Position numbers and translations under genes: made by a program
Notes under the pieces: model-generated
What the model was told of the DNA's origin: nothing
The model's input: only the letters and a program-made list of their open reading frames with translations
The model's database searches: none
Shown: piece after piece, positions 1-16,280 of the stretch
Layout: each line of letters starts with the position of its first letter
How positions within the stretch are numbered: the first letter of the stretch is position 1
NCBI GenBank assembly: GCA_044352465.1
Contig: JBILDU010000168.1
Location: forward strand, 1-16,280
Direction: 5' to 3'
Length of the DNA stretch: 16,280 nucleotides
Source of the DNA: Bdellovibrionota bacterium
Lineage (GTDB): Bacteria > Bdellovibrionota_C > UBA2361

Positions 1-5063
<5,063 letters not shown>

Positions 5064-5084
5064 TTTGTGGCACTGCGGGGGGTT

Positions 5085-5180
5085 TGTTCCGAACTGGTTT
5101 ATTTCAGACGCGAGCGCGAGCAAACACACACGACACGACACAACAGAAAGGCGGGGCGGGGTAACACTGCGTTCGGAACA
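5085..5180. promoter_or_regulatory. Two copies of the palindromic motif GTTC(C/G)GAAC forming a 10-bp inverted repeat around an AATAAA; candidate regulatory element
   Basis: tgttccgaac (5085-5094) is the exact reverse complement of gttcggaaca (5171-5180). Minus-strand AATAAA lies at 5098-5103. The function is inferred only. Confidence 0.3.
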
Positions 5181-5210
5181 CATGCAAGGTCTCCACGCAA
5201 AGTGGGACGG

Positions 5211-5224
5211 AGAGAGAGAGAGAG
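5211..5224. repeat. (AG)7 microsatellite, read as (CT)7 on the coding strand, within a pyrimidine-rich tract
   Basis: agagagagagagag in the intergenic spacer. Confidence 0.85.
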
Positions 5225-5286
5225 TGAGGAGGTTTGCAAAGAAGGAGTGGGAGCAGCAGCAGAAGTTGGAGGGAAGCAAAAGATGT

Positions 5287-5310
5287 CACACACACACACA
5301 CACACACACA
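5287..5310. repeat. (CA)12 microsatellite, read as (TG)12 on the coding strand, about 40 nt downstream of the gene A stop
   Basis: 24 nt of perfect CA repeat. Confidence 0.95.
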
Positions 5311-5349
5311 AAATACACGATACATGCAACACACACGTGGCGGGCGTCT

Positions 5350-16280
<10,931 letters not shown>

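Noticed and set aside
5085..5180. GTTC-GAAC motifs as a tRNA T-loop or Pol III B-box
   Set aside because: The sequence is GTTCSGAAC rather than GGTTCRANNCC, and I could not build a cloverleaf or find an A-box.

Overview
This very GC-rich, almost entirely coding window holds two co-directional, intron-free giant ORFs on the minus strand, both running off the window edges and separated by a ~290-bp microsatellite-containing spacer. Gene A (5350..>16280, 5'-truncated, >3640 aa) looks like a type I membrane surface glycoprotein. It has about 11 degenerate bacterial-type Ig-like (Big_12/Big_13-like) repeats separated by Ser/Pro/Thr/Ala linkers, poly-Ser and poly-Asp inserts, and a Cys-containing membrane-proximal region with a possible ZP-C-like layout. 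It ends in RRL/RRLL dibasic motifs, a TM helix with juxtamembrane Cys, a basic stop-transfer and a YxxPhi tail. Gene B (<1..5063, 3'-truncated, >=1687 aa) is absent from the supplied ORF track because it has no stop in the window; it encodes an unrecognised Ala/Val/Leu-rich protein with an acidic N-terminus. The long plus-strand ORFs in the track are antisense shadows of these two genes. The style (many N-glycosylation sequons, microsatellites, no introns, short spacer) fits a microbial eukaryote or a large eukaryotic DNA virus; I cannot decide between these from sequence alone. I saw no RNA genes, CRISPR arrays or mobile elements.
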